From Volucribacter amazonae (GTDB lineage Bacteria; Pseudomonadota; Gammaproteobacteria; Enterobacterales; Pasteurellaceae), in NCBI RefSeq assembly GCF_029783845.1, contig NZ_LWID01000001.1, positions 178,565 through 202,564 on the forward strand: DNA of 24,000 nucleotides, in the 5' to 3' direction. Below, in pieces: positions 1 to 8,698 of the stretch. Numbering within the stretch: the stretch's first letter is position 1; every line of letters begins with the position of its first letter. A program made the translations under genes and the position numbers. The notes under the pieces are model-generated. The model made no database searches and was not told the origin of the DNA. It worked only from the letters and a program-made list of their open reading frames with translations.

Positions 1-127
1 TGATTTTTTGGGCAAATTTGGTGGCACGAATAATCCGATTTTCGGGAAAAATCATACCTAACTTGCTTTCCAGTGGCCAAGTTTCTAAATATTTTCGTCC
101 TTTAGTCCATATCTTAAATATTGACAT
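1..127 (-). CDS. yfbV: UPF0208 (YfbV-like) inner-membrane protein, N-terminal part only; gene runs off the left edge
   Basis: ATG at 127-125 on the minus strand. Translation is [42 protein letters not shown]... The WP.E..L...FPENR.I.AT.F pattern and the divergent position next to ackA-pta match enterobacterial yfbV as I remember it. It is truncated, so it is absent from the ORF track. Confidence 0.5.
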   Translation of the reverse strand, partial: MSIFKIWTKGRKYLETWPLESKLGMIFPENRIIRATKFAQKI

Positions 128-310
128 TATCAACAACTCACAGTGAAAAATTTGGCAAATCATAGCACTTCACTGCTTTTATTCCCATAATATTTTTTAA
201 TTATTCAACTTTTTTTGAATAAAATCGGATTTTTTCTGCCGATCAGAATTTATTTTATTAGCTGAAAAGTGTATCCTATACAGGTTATGACTTTAAGCCA
301 TTCGTTATAT

Positions 311-416
311 TATAGTCGTTTCAATTTAAAATAAGGCAAGGCGGCAAGCCGAAGACAGTACAAGTAGTACGGCGAGGCGTGCCAACGCTGTATTATTTTA
401 AAGTGGAACGACTATA
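311..416. mobile_element. Correia-like MITE, copy 1 (106 bp)
   Basis: TATAGTCGTTTCAATTTAAAATAAG...TTATTTTAAAGTGGAACGACTATA gives ~23-bp terminal inverted repeats ending in TA. The core is AAGGCGGCAAGCCGAAGACAGTACAAGTAGTACGGCGAGGCGTGCCAACGCTGTA. It recurs at 5936, 12046 and 13243. Intergenic, 49 bp upstream of the ackA ATG. Confidence 0.8.
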
Positions 417-464
417 TTTAGAGCGAATTATTTTTTAACCCAATATAAAATATAGGTTATTTAC

Positions 465-1670
465 ATGTCTGAAAAATTAGTTCTTATTTTAAACTGCGGT
501 AGCTCTTCATTAAAATTCTCAATTCTTGAGCCTCAATCAGGCGAAGAGAAATTATCTGGTCTTGCTGAGGCATTTTATTTACCAGAAGCCCGTATTAAAT
601 GGAAATTACACGGTGAAAAAGGTCAAGCGGATCTTGGTGCGGGTGCAGCACATAGCGAGGCGTTAAAATTTATTGTTGATAATATTTTCTCCCTTGATCC
701 TGCATTAAAAAATAATATTGTGGCGATCGGGCATCGTATCGTACATGGTGGTGAACAATTTACCTCTTCGGTTATCATTAATGATGAAGTAATTAAAGGC
801 ATTGAAGATGCGGTACAATTTGCACCGTTACATAACCCTGCCCACTTAATCGGTATTCAAGAAGCCTTCAAAATTTTCCCTGAATTAAAAGATAAAAATG
901 TGGCAGTATTTGATACCGCTTTCCATCAAACAATGCCTGAAGAAGCCTTTTTATATGCGTTACCTTACGCTTTATATAAAGAGCATGGTGTACGCCGTTA
1001 TGGCGCACATGGTACTAGCCATTACTTTGTAAGTCGTGAAGCGGCAAAACGTCTTAATGTGGCAGAAGATCAAGTTAATGTGATTACTTGCCATTTAGGT
1101 AATGGTGGCTCAGTGGCAGCGATTCGCCATGGCGAATGTATTGATACCTCTATGGGTTTAACCCCATTAGAAGGTTTGGTAATGGGAACACGTTGTGGCG
1201 ATATTGATCCTGCCATTATTTTCTATATGCACGATACCCTTGGTATGTCTGTGAAAGAAATCAATGAAACCTTAACCAAAAAATCAGGTTTATTGGGTTT
1301 AACCGAAGTAACTAGCGATTGTCGTTATGCGGAAGATAATTACGACAGCGAAGAGCCTGCTAAACGTGCGTTAGACGTTTACTGCTATCGTTTAGCCAAA
1401 TACATTGGTTCTTATATGGCAGTCATTGGTGAACGTTTAGATGCTATCGTGTTTACTGGTGGTATTGGTGAAAACTCTGCACATGTGCGTGAATTAACCT
1501 TAGCTCACTTAAAACTTTTCGGTTATCAATTAGATAACGATAAAAACCTTGCAGCACGTTTTGGTAAAGAAGGTGTAATTACTAAAGAGGGTACACCTGT
1601 TGCTATGGTTATTCCTACCAACGAAGAATATGTTATTGCACAAGATACAGCTCGTCTTTGTATCAAGTAA
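465..1670 (+). CDS. ackA: acetate kinase
   Basis: 401-aa ORF, collinear over its full length with AckA (N-terminal [19 protein letters not shown], and GIGENS near the C-terminus). Directly upstream of pta as in E. coli and Haemophilus. Confidence 0.97.
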   Translation: MSEKLVLILNCGSSSLKFSILEPQSGEEKLSGLAEAFYLPEARIKWKLHGEKGQADLGAGAAHSEALKFIVDNIFSLDPALKNNIVAIGHRIVHGGEQFTSSVIINDEVIKGIEDAVQFAPLHNPAHLIGIQEAFKIFPELKDKNVAVFDTAFHQTMPEEAFLYALPYALYKEHGVRRYGAHGTSHYFVSREAAKRLNVAEDQVNVITCHLGNGGSVAAIRHGECIDTSMGLTPLEGLVMGTRCGDIDPAIIFYMHDTLGMSVKEINETLTKKSGLLGLTEVTSDCRYAEDNYDSEEPAKRALDVYCYRLAKYIGSYMAVIGERLDAIVFTGGIGENSAHVRELTLAHLKLFGYQLDNDKNLAARFGKEGVITKEGTPVAMVIPTNEEYVIAQDTARLCIK

Positions 1671-1682
1671 GTAATCTCAGAT

Positions 1683-1710
1683 AACTGCCGATATTATCGG
1701 CAGTTTTTAT
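1683..1710 (+). terminator. rho-independent-type hairpin between ackA and pta (possible partial terminator)
   Basis: AACTGCCGA-tatta-TCGGCAGTT (9-bp stem) followed by TTTTTATTTT, 13 nt after the ackA stop. Confidence 0.6.
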
Positions 1711-1739
1711 TTTATCTCTAAATAATTAAGGTAAGTATT

Positions 1740-3878
1740 ATGTCTAGAACCATTATTCTTATTCCAATCAGCACTGGTGTGGGTTTAACCAGTATTAGCC
1801 TTGGTTTAATCCACGCATTAGAACAAAAGGGGGCAAAAGTAGGTTTTATGAAACCTATTTCTCAGCCTGTTTCTGGGGAAGATAAAATTGATCGCACTAC
1901 GTCTATTGTGCGTAGCAGTACCAATATTGAAACCGCAGAACCCTTAATGCTGAGCTATGCTGAGGGATTAATTGGACAAAACCAATCTGATGTTTTATTA
2001 GAAAAAATTGTTGCTCATCATCAAGCTATTAGTAAAAACAATGAAATTGTGATTGTAGAGGGATTAATTCCAACCCGTAATAATGCTTATGCCAGCAACC
2101 TCAATTATGAAATTGCCCAAGCATTAGATGCGGAAATTATCTTGATCGCTGCCCCTTTAACCGATACACCTGCGGAAATGCAAAAACGTATCCAAGCGGC
2201 AACCTCTCAATTTGGTGGTGCAAATAATAAAAATCTATTAGGTGTAGTTATCAATAAATTCAATGCCCCTGTGGATCAATCTGGACGCACTCGCCCAGAT
2301 CTTACCGAAATCTTTGATTCCTTTAATCACAATCATAACCAAGTTTCTGAAATTTATAAGTTATTTGAAAATAGTCCAATTAAAGTTTTAGCTTGTATTC
2401 CTTGGAAAGCTGAATTAATTGCAACGCGTGCTATTGATTTGGTTAAACACCTTGGTGCAGCCATTATTAACGAGGGCGAAATTAATTCTCGCCGTATTCA
2501 AAGCATTACTTTCTGTGCAAGAAGTTTACCGAATATGGTGGAACATTTCCGAGCCAACAGTTTATTAGTTACCTCTGCTGATCGCCCTGATGTGATTGTT
2601 GCCGCTTCCCTAGCCGCAATTAGTGGGGTAAAAATTGGTGCAATTCTATTAACGGGGGGTTATAAATTAGATTCTCAAATTAAAAAACTCTGTGAATATG
2701 CCATTGAAAGCACAGGATTACCTATTTTCCGTGTAGAGGGAAATACCTGGCAAACCGCATTAAGTTTACAAAGTTTTAGCCTAGAAGTACCCGTTGATGA
2801 TAAAGAGCGTATTGATCATATTAAAGAATATGTAAGCAACGAAATCAGTAACGATTTAATTAATAGTTTAAGTGCAGGTACTGCTCGTTCACGCCGTTTA
2901 TCACCACCAGCATTCCGTTTCCAATTAACCGAATTAGCGCGCCAAGCGAAAAAACGTATTGTGTTACCTGAGGGTGATGAACCTCGTACCGTCAAAGCAG
3001 CTGCCCTTTGTGCAGAACGTGGTATCGCAGAATGTGTCTTGCTTGCAAATCCTGATGATGTTCAACGTGTGGCTGAAGCACAAGGGGTTCAATTAGGCAA
3101 AGGTATTAGCATTATTGATCCTGCCCAAGTGCGTGATAACTATGTGGATCGTTTAGTGGAATTACGCAAAGCCAAAGGTATGACGGAAATTATTGCCAAA
3201 GAGCAATTACAAGATAATGTGGTGCTTGGTACAATGATGTTAGAGGCAAACGAGGTTGATGGTTTAGTATCAGGTGCAGTACATACCACCGCTAATACCA
3301 TTCGCCCACCAATGCAAATCATTAAAACCGCTCCCGGTAGTTCTATCGTTTCTTCCATTTTCTTTATGCTATTGCCTGACCAAGTTTTAGTTTATGGCGA
3401 TTGTGCGGTTAATCCTGATCCAACTGCTGAGCAATTAGCTGAAATTGCGATTCAATCTGCGGATTCTGCTAAAGCCTTTGGTATTGAACCTCGTGTCGCT
3501 ATGATTTCTTACTCTACGGGGACGTCGGGTTCGGGTGCTGATGTAGAAAAAGTCAAAGAAGCTACACGTTTAGCCCAAGAAAAACGCCCAGATCTCATTA
3601 TTGACGGTCCATTACAATATGATGCGGCAATTATGGAAGATGTAGCCCGTTCTAAAGCACCAAACTCGCCAGTGGCAGGAAAAGCAACGGTATTTGTGTT
3701 CCCTGATTTAAACACAGGTAATACCACTTATAAAGCAGTACAACGTTCTGCGGATCTGGTATCTATTGGTCCTATGTTACAAGGTATGCGTAAACCTGTT
3801 AATGACCTTTCTCGCGGGGCATTAGTTGATGATATTGTTTACACCATTGCCTTAACCGCCATTCAAGCTACTCAATAA
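1740..3878 (+). CDS. pta: phosphate acetyltransferase
   Basis: 712-aa ORF with the long enterobacterial-type architecture: an N-terminal regulatory region plus a C-terminal PTA domain ([34 protein letters not shown]). RBS TAAGGT upstream. Confidence 0.97.
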   Translation: MSRTIILIPISTGVGLTSISLGLIHALEQKGAKVGFMKPISQPVSGEDKIDRTTSIVRSSTNIETAEPLMLSYAEGLIGQNQSDVLLEKIVAHHQAISKNNEIVIVEGLIPTRNNAYASNLNYEIAQALDAEIILIAAPLTDTPAEMQKRIQAATSQFGGANNKNLLGVVINKFNAPVDQSGRTRPDLTEIFDSFNHNHNQVSEIYKLFENSPIKVLACIPWKAELIATRAIDLVKHLGAAIINEGEINSRRIQSITFCARSLPNMVEHFRANSLLVTSADRPDVIVAASLAAISGVKIGAILLTGGYKLDSQIKKLCEYAIESTGLPIFRVEGNTWQTALSLQSFSLEVPVDDKERIDHIKEYVSNEISNDLINSLSAGTARSRRLSPPAFRFQLTELARQAKKRIVLPEGDEPRTVKAAALCAERGIAECVLLANPDDVQRVAEAQGVQLGKGISIIDPAQVRDNYVDRLVELRKAKGMTEIIAKEQLQDNVVLGTMMLEANEVDGLVSGAVHTTANTIRPPMQIIKTAPGSSIVSSIFFMLLPDQVLVYGDCAVNPDPTAEQLAEIAIQSADSAKAFGIEPRVAMISYSTGTSGSGADVEKVKEATRLAQEKRPDLIIDGPLQYDAAIMEDVARSKAPNSPVAGKATVFVFPDLNTGNTTYKAVQRSADLVSIGPMLQGMRKPVNDLSRGALVDDIVYTIALTAIQATQ

Positions 3879-3896
3879 TTGATAAATGAATAAATA

Positions 3897-3925
3897 AAAA
3901 GCCCTCATTTTTGAGGGCTTTTTTC
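3897..3925 (+). terminator. rho-independent terminator of ackA-pta
   Basis: AAAAGCCCTCA-tttt-TGAGGGCTTTT followed by a T-run. A USS (AAGTGCGGT, 3943-3951) lies just downstream. Confidence 0.8.
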
Positions 3926-4112
3926 TCTGTGTTATTCCCACCAAGTGCGGTCAGTTTTTAAAATTTTTTCTCTGAACAATCTTGTCCGTTTTAATTTAAT
4001 ATAAGGCATAGCAAAGCCGTCAGATTTTAAGATTTGTTATAAAAATGATAAACTCTGTTATAATGACGTCATATTTTGATGAAAACAACATCTATTCTCA
4101 AACGAGGTATTT

Positions 4113-5807
4113 ATGTCAGCACAACAACTTATTACACAACTTACCGACATTGTTGGTCAACGTTATATTATTACCGATCAAAGTAAAGCCGAAGCCTATT
4201 GCAGTGGCTATCGTTTTGGCTCAGGCAAAGCCTTAGCGGTGGTTCGCCCTGCTACCCTATTAGAATATTGGCAAGTATTACAAGCCTGTGTTAAACACGA
4301 CGTTATCGTGATTAGCCAAGCAGCGAATACGGGGTTGACCGGTGGATCTACGCCTAATGGTAATGATTATGATCGTGATATTGTCTTAATCAATGCCATG
4401 CGAATTGATGGTATTCAATTAATTAATAATGCAGAGCAAGTAGTATGTTTACCTGGCTCAACCTTAAACGAATTAGAGCAACAATTAAAACCCCATGGAC
4501 GAGAACCTCATTCAGTGATCGGTTCATCTTGTATTGGAGCTTCTGTCATTGGTGGCGTTTGCAATAATTCGGGTGGGGCTTTAGTGCAACGTGGACCAGC
4601 CTATACCGAAATGGCATTATTTGCTCAATTAAATGAACAAGGCGAATTAGAACTTAAAAACCATTTAGGTATTGATCTTGGCGAAACCCCAGAAGAAATC
4701 TTATTCAATTTACAACAACATCGTTATCAAAATAAAGATATTCAACAAAATTGCGGTAAAGGTCATGATCATAGTTACTGCGATCATGTTCGCCAAGTTG
4801 ATGAAAACTCCCCTGCTCGTTTTAATGCTGACCCTGCTCGTCATTATGAAGCTTCAGGAAGTGCGGGTAAATTAGCGATTTTTGCCGTTCGCCTAGATAC
4901 CTTTCCATTAGAAAAAAATACTGCAGTATTTTATATTGGCACAAACCAAACTCAGGTATTAAATGATCTCCGCCGTCATATGCTAACTAACTTCCAGCAA
5001 TTACCTATTTCAGGCGAATATATTCACCGAGATGCCTTTGATATCGCCGCTGTTTATGGCAAAGATACCTATTGGATTATCAAAAAATTAGGTACTCAAC
5101 ATCTCCCTAAACTCTTTGCCCTAAAAGCCAAAGTAGATAGGCTAGCGAAAAAATTTACATTCCTACCTAAAAATTTAAGTGATAAAGCATTACAACTGTT
5201 TTCTAAATTATTGCCGCAGCATTTACCCGAGAGTTTACGCCAATATCGTGATCAATATGAACATCATCTTATTATTAAAATGGGTGGTACAGGGGTACAA
5301 GAAGCAAGAGATTACCTCAAGGATTATTTTAAAGACTCTAGCCTAGGTAATTATTTTGAATGTAACCCAGAGCAAAGCCAAGCCGCTATGCTCCATCGTT
5401 TTGCCGTTGCCTCAGCGGCTGTGCGTTATCGAGCAATTCATGATAAAGAGGTTGAGGATATTGTTGCCCTTGATATTGCATTACGCCGTAATGATAATGA
5501 ATGGTTTGAAACCTTACCTACTGAAATTGATAATAAAATTAGCCATAAATTGTACTATGGGCATTTTATGTGTCATGTTTTTCATCAGGATTATATTGTG
5601 AAAAAAGGCAACGACTGTATGCAATTAGAACATGAAATGTGGAAATTATTGGATCAACGTGGAGCACAATATCCTGCTGAACATAATGTTGGGCATTTAT
5701 ATGTAGCAAAACCTGAATTGAAAAATTTCTATCAACAATTAGATCCAACTAACAGTTTCAACCCGGGTATAGGACAAACATCAAAAAATAAATATTGGCA
5801 AGAATAA
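4113..5807 (+). CDS. dld: quinone-dependent D-lactate dehydrogenase
   Basis: 564-aa ORF collinear with E. coli Dld: an N-terminal FAD-binding region (SQAANTGLTGGSTP) and a C-terminal AEHNVGH motif. RBS ACGAGG 7 nt upstream of the ATG. Confidence 0.93.
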   Translation: MSAQQLITQLTDIVGQRYIITDQSKAEAYCSGYRFGSGKALAVVRPATLLEYWQVLQACVKHDVIVISQAANTGLTGGSTPNGNDYDRDIVLINAMRIDGIQLINNAEQVVCLPGSTLNELEQQLKPHGREPHSVIGSSCIGASVIGGVCNNSGGALVQRGPAYTEMALFAQLNEQGELELKNHLGIDLGETPEEILFNLQQHRYQNKDIQQNCGKGHDHSYCDHVRQVDENSPARFNADPARHYEASGSAGKLAIFAVRLDTFPLEKNTAVFYIGTNQTQVLNDLRRHMLTNFQQLPISGEYIHRDAFDIAAVYGKDTYWIIKKLGTQHLPKLFALKAKVDRLAKKFTFLPKNLSDKALQLFSKLLPQHLPESLRQYRDQYEHHLIIKMGGTGVQEARDYLKDYFKDSSLGNYFECNPEQSQAAMLHRFAVASAAVRYRAIHDKEVEDIVALDIALRRNDNEWFETLPTEIDNKISHKLYYGHFMCHVFHQDYIVKKGNDCMQLEHEMWKLLDQRGAQYPAEHNVGHLYVAKPELKNFYQQLDPTNSFNPGIGQTSKNKYWQE

Positions 5808-5814
5808 ATTTAGC

Positions 5815-5835
5815 AAGCCACCTTTAAGGTGGCTT
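5815..5835 (+). terminator. hairpin downstream of dld
   Basis: AAGCCACC-ttta-AGGTGGCTT, 8 nt after the dld stop. The trailing T-run is weak. Confidence 0.4.
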
Positions 5836-5843
5836 AATTCTTC

Positions 5844-5921
5844 TATAATCGTTTAAAAAACAAGCCGAAAAGACAATACAAAGAGTACAGCAAGATATGC
5901 TATTTAAAATGGAAAGACTAT
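5844..5921. mobile_element. Correia-like MITE, internally shortened and degenerate copy (~78 bp)
   Basis: TATAATCGTTTAAAAAACAAGCCGAAAAGACAATACAAAGAGTACAGCAAGATATGCTATTTAAAATGGAAAGACTAT aligns to both ends and part of the core of the 106-bp element, with internal deletions. It lies 14 bp from full copy 2. Confidence 0.55.
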
Positions 5922-5935
5922 TGTTTTTTTAATTG

Positions 5936-6041
5936 TATAGTCGTTTCAATTAAAAATGAGACAAGGCGGTACGCCGAAGACAATACAAGTAGTACGGCGA
6001 GGCGTACCAACGCCGTATCATTTTAAAGTGGAACGACTATA
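5936..6041. mobile_element. Correia-like MITE, copy 2 (106 bp)
   Basis: TATAGTCGTTTCAATTAAAAATGAGACAAGGCGGTACGCCGAAGACAATACAAGTAGTACGGCGAGGCGTACCAACGCCGTATCATTTTAAAGTGGAACGACTATA. Same architecture and orientation as copies 1, 3 and 4. Confidence 0.8.
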
Positions 6042-6083
6042 CATAATCGCCATAACGATCATACTACTAAACTACCACCACGC

Positions 6084-6112
6084 TTGAATTTATCAATATT
6101 CTTACTTATACT
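6084..6112 (+). promoter_or_regulatory. sigma70-type promoter for the small ORF at 6158
   Basis: TTGAAT (6084-6089), 17-nt spacer, TATACT (6107-6112). Lies ~45 nt upstream of the ATG. Confidence 0.45.
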
Positions 6113-6157
6113 GTAAAGCCAGTATTTCACAGCAAATCATTATTCATTGAGGTTAAT

Positions 6158-6250
6158 ATGAAAAAAAATGTAAAACAATCCTTGATCATAGGTGCCATTG
6201 TATTTGTTGTTGCTTTTTTCTATTTTTCACATAAATCTGGCATACTTTGA
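6158..6250 (+). CDS. 30-aa small hydrophobic (single-TM) protein, not in the ORF track
   Basis: Translation is MKKNVKQSLIIGAIVFVVAFFYFSHKSGIL*. GAGG RBS 5 nt upstream of the ATG, near-consensus promoter upstream, hairpin downstream. Positive-N / TM / short-tail layout. Confidence 0.45.
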   Translation: MKKNVKQSLIIGAIVFVVAFFYFSHKSGIL

Positions 6251-6265
6251 TAACAAATATAATAA

Positions 6266-6297
6266 TTAGCCTATAATCATAATAATGACTATAGGCT
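6266..6297. terminator. shared hairpin between the convergent small ORF and tyrA
   Basis: TAGCCTATA-14 nt-TATAGGCTA, a perfect 9-bp stem. U-tracts are weak on both strands. Confidence 0.4.
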
Positions 6298-6331
6298 ATT
6301 TGTCATAATAAAAAATCTAATAAATTAGATA

Positions 6332-7450
6332 TTATCTAAAATCATTTGCCTGCTTTAATAAATTACGGCTTTCTTTCATAAAGAGTTCAGAATAATCGCC
6401 AAACCATTGATGTACTTTTTCAAATGCCTTAATAAAACCTTGTTTATCCCCTTGTTCAAAGAATGTTAAGCTTTCATCATAACTATCACGTAATGATTTA
6501 ATCACCGCTAAATTTTCAGGTTTATCCATAATAATATCCGCATATAAACTGGCATCTTGAGCAAATAAACGTCCAATCATTGCTAATTCCAAACGATAAA
6601 TCGGCGAGGAAAGGGCTAATAATTGGGCTAACTCAACAGGTTGTTGTGAAAGATGCAAACCATTAGCAAAGGTAGCAAAATGACGTAACGCTTGGATATA
6701 AGTCATACTATGATCATGCTCTTTGGCATCAACAGGATAAATAATTGCTCCCCAAATGGCAATTTGATCTATAAGCCATTGATAACGTTCGGCAAATCGC
6801 CCATCACAACGAGCTACTACTTGTTTTACCATACTTGGAATATCAGGTCCAAACATAGGGTGCAACCCCACTACTGCCCCTTGATGTATGCTCAACATTT
6901 TGGCTAAAGGAGCAGATTTTACCGAGGTTAAATCTGTTAATAACATATTTTCCGTTAAGTAAGGCTGCAAACGATCGAGGGTTTCAAGGGTTTTGGCAAT
7001 AGGCACAGACACCACCACCACATCAGCATTAGCTAGAATTTGTTCGGCATTTTGCCAATCTTCTCGCCCTAATAAATCCACTTGATAACCTGATAAGCGG
7101 AAATAATGGGCAAATAATCCACCGAGTTTGCCTCTTCCGCCAACAATCACTATTTTTTGAATAGCTGGATTGAGTTTTTTAAAACCATAATGGTTTTCAT
7201 TAGTATAGGACTCTCGCATAATACGGCGTAGAATATCTTCAATAAGATCAGGTGGCACACCAAGTTTTTCAGCCTCTTGTCGCCTTGCCTTAAGCATATC
7301 CGCTTCACGTTCTGGTACATAAATGGGCAATCCCTGCTGATGCTTGACTTCGCCAACTTTACTCACTAAGGTTAAACGTTTTGCTAATAGTTGTAATAAG
7401 GCTTGATCGGTCTGATCGATTTCATCGCGTAATGCTTTAAGTGCGGTCAT
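6332..7450 (-). CDS. tyrA: bifunctional chorismate mutase / prephenate dehydrogenase (T-protein)
   Basis: 372-aa ORF collinear with E. coli TyrA ([60 protein letters not shown]). Its ATG overlaps the aroF stop (ATGA). Confidence 0.95.
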   Translation of the reverse strand: MTALKALRDEIDQTDQALLQLLAKRLTLVSKVGEVKHQQGLPIYVPEREADMLKARRQEAEKLGVPPDLIEDILRRIMRESYTNENHYGFKKLNPAIQKIVIVGGRGKLGGLFAHYFRLSGYQVDLLGREDWQNAEQILANADVVVVSVPIAKTLETLDRLQPYLTENMLLTDLTSVKSAPLAKMLSIHQGAVVGLHPMFGPDIPSMVKQVVARCDGRFAERYQWLIDQIAIWGAIIYPVDAKEHDHSMTYIQALRHFATFANGLHLSQQPVELAQLLALSSPIYRLELAMIGRLFAQDASLYADIIMDKPENLAVIKSLRDSYDESLTFFEQGDKQGFIKAFEKVHQWFGDYSELFMKESRNLLKQANDFR

Positions 7451-8508
7451 TTTTTATCCTTTTTTGCTAATTTAGAAGCAATATTGCGTAATAAGGTTTC
7501 AGTTGTTTGCCAGTCAATGCAAGCATCAGTAATAGAAACGCCATATTTCATTTGAGTAACAGGTTGCTCAGCACTTTGATTACCTGCATAAAGATGACTT
7601 TCTAACATTAAGCCGATAATTGATTGATTACCATTAACAATTTGTTGTACAGCATCTTCTGCCACAAGAGGCTGGCGGCGATAATCTTTATTGGAATTAC
7701 CATGACTACAATCAATCATAATGGCTTGCTCTAATCCTGCATTAGCTAATTCAATTTCACATTGTGCCACAAATTCCGCTTGATAATTAGGAATTTTTCC
7801 ACCACGCAAAATAACATGCCCATCTGGATTACCTTCTGTATGCAATAAATTCACTTGTCCTTGCTGATTAATGCCAATAAAACTATGCCCCATAGATGCC
7901 GCTTTCATAGCATTAATCGCGGTGGCTAAACTTCCGTCAGTACCGTTTTTAAAACCCACCGCCATAGACAATCCTGAGGCTAATTCACGATGTGTTTGCG
8001 ATTCTGTGGTGCGAGCCCCTATGGCTGACCAGCTAAATAAATCTGCCATATATTGTGGGGTAATGGGATCAAGTGCCTCTGTGGCTAATGGCAAGCCTAA
8101 TTCGGCTAACTCAATTAATAATGCACGAGCAATATGTAAACCATGCTCTACATCAAAAGAACCGTCAATTTTAGGATCATTAATCAACCCTTTCCAGCCC
8201 ACTGTGGTACGAGGTTTCTCAAAGTAAACTCGCATTACAATGTAAAGATTATCTGACAATTCAGTGGCAAGTTGAGCCAATTTTTTACCATATTCAATGG
8301 CAGCTTGAGGATCGTGAATAGAACAAGGCCCAACCACCACTAATAACTTATCCTGTTGTTTATGAATAATCTTAGCAATATCTTGACGTGATTGCTGAAT
8401 TTGTTGGCGTAGCTCTGGGGATAATGGCAATTTTTGCTTGAGTTCATAAGGGGTTACTAAAACTTTTTCATCAATAATATGTACATTATGCAAGCTATCT
8501 TTATTCAT
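7447..8508 (-). CDS. aroF: 3-deoxy-7-phosphoheptulonate (DAHP) synthase, class I, AroF-like
   Basis: 353-aa ORF. The N-terminus [20 protein letters not shown] resembles E. coli AroF (MQKDALNNVHITDEQVLMTP) more than AroG. Contains [19 protein letters not shown], and forms an operon with tyrA as in E. coli aroF-tyrA. Confidence 0.92.
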   Translation of the reverse strand: MNKDSLHNVHIIDEKVLVTPYELKQKLPLSPELRQQIQQSRQDIAKIIHKQQDKLLVVVGPCSIHDPQAAIEYGKKLAQLATELSDNLYIVMRVYFEKPRTTVGWKGLINDPKIDGSFDVEHGLHIARALLIELAELGLPLATEALDPITPQYMADLFSWSAIGARTTESQTHRELASGLSMAVGFKNGTDGSLATAINAMKAASMGHSFIGINQQGQVNLLHTEGNPDGHVILRGGKIPNYQAEFVAQCEIELANAGLEQAIMIDCSHGNSNKDYRRQPLVAEDAVQQIVNGNQSIIGLMLESHLYAGNQSAEQPVTQMKYGVSITDACIDWQTTETLLRNIASKLAKKDKK

Positions 8509-8538
8509 TTTTCACTCCATTAATACCGTTGTTCTTGT

Positions 8539-8579
8539 TGTAAAATAATAATTACACTAAATGTAATAAATATAATACA
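8539..8579 (-). promoter_or_regulatory. two candidate TyrR boxes upstream of aroF-tyrA
   Basis: Box 1 is TGTAAAataataATTACA (8539-8556), matching 11 of 12 positions of TGTAAA-N6-TTTACA. Box 2 is TGTAATaaatatAATACA (8562-8579) and is weaker. They lie 31-73 bp upstream of the aroF ATG. Confidence 0.4.
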
Positions 8580-8599
8580 TTATAATTTAAAAAAGGCAA
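8572..8599 (-). promoter_or_regulatory. candidate sigma70 promoter of aroF-tyrA
   Basis: Minus strand: TTGCCT (8599-8594), 16-nt spacer, TATTAT (8577-8572). The -10 lies inside candidate TyrR box 2. Confidence 0.35.
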
Positions 8600-8661
8600 T
8601 GGGGAATAACTATACTATAAAATGAATAAAGAATATTTTAGAAAATTGCACCGCACTTAAT

Positions 8662-8689
8662 AAAAAACCTGCCAATTAGCAGGTTTTTT
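8662..8689. terminator. bidirectional rho-independent terminator downstream of the NhaC-family gene
   Basis: AAAAAACCTGC-caatta-GCAGGTTTTTT, with A/T runs on both sides. Lies 10 nt beyond the stop of the minus-strand transporter gene. A USS is adjacent at 8650-8658. Confidence 0.7.
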
Positions 8690-8698
8690 ATCGTTACA

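Noticed and set aside
181-300. FNR- or CRP-like half-sites (TTGAATAAAATCGG; CAGTGAA-N20-TTCACTG) upstream of ackA.
   Set aside because: Only 7 of 10 or fewer consensus positions match and the spacing is wrong for CRP. These are not distinguishable from background in AT-rich DNA.
3140-3727. Minus-strand 72-aa ORFs (3140-3358, 3509-3727) inside pta.
   Set aside because: They are fully antisense to a well-supported conserved gene, have no RBS and show odd composition. These are typical shadow ORFs. The same reasoning applies to 5566-5748, 6692-6907, 7150-7356, 7871-8227, 8715-8963, 9048-9245, 10861-11052, 11291-11479, 13457-13780, 16240-16440, 16898-17116, 17245-17610, 17939-18304 and 23358-23609.
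4063-4072. 10-bp perfect palindrome ATGACGTCAT overlapping the TATAAT (4059-4064) upstream of dld, as a possible operator.
   Set aside because: It is a single short palindrome matching no consensus I recognise. Chance occurrence is plausible and there is no supporting second site.
4045-4236. 63-aa ORF overlapping the dld start, and internal out-of-frame ORFs 4672-4875 and 5356-5601.
   Set aside because: They are out of frame with a full-length Dld homolog, have low-complexity Ile/Leu/Lys-rich translations typical of AT-rich off-frames, and lack RBSs.
8576-8612. Possible solo end of the Correia-like element in the aroF promoter: ATTATAATTTAAAAAAGGCAATGGGGAATAACTATA compared with the copy 4 right end ATTAATTTAAAATGGGGCAACTATA.
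   Set aside because: The match is short, needs gaps and lies in extremely AT-rich DNA. It cannot be told from chance without a profile search, so it is not reported as a feature.
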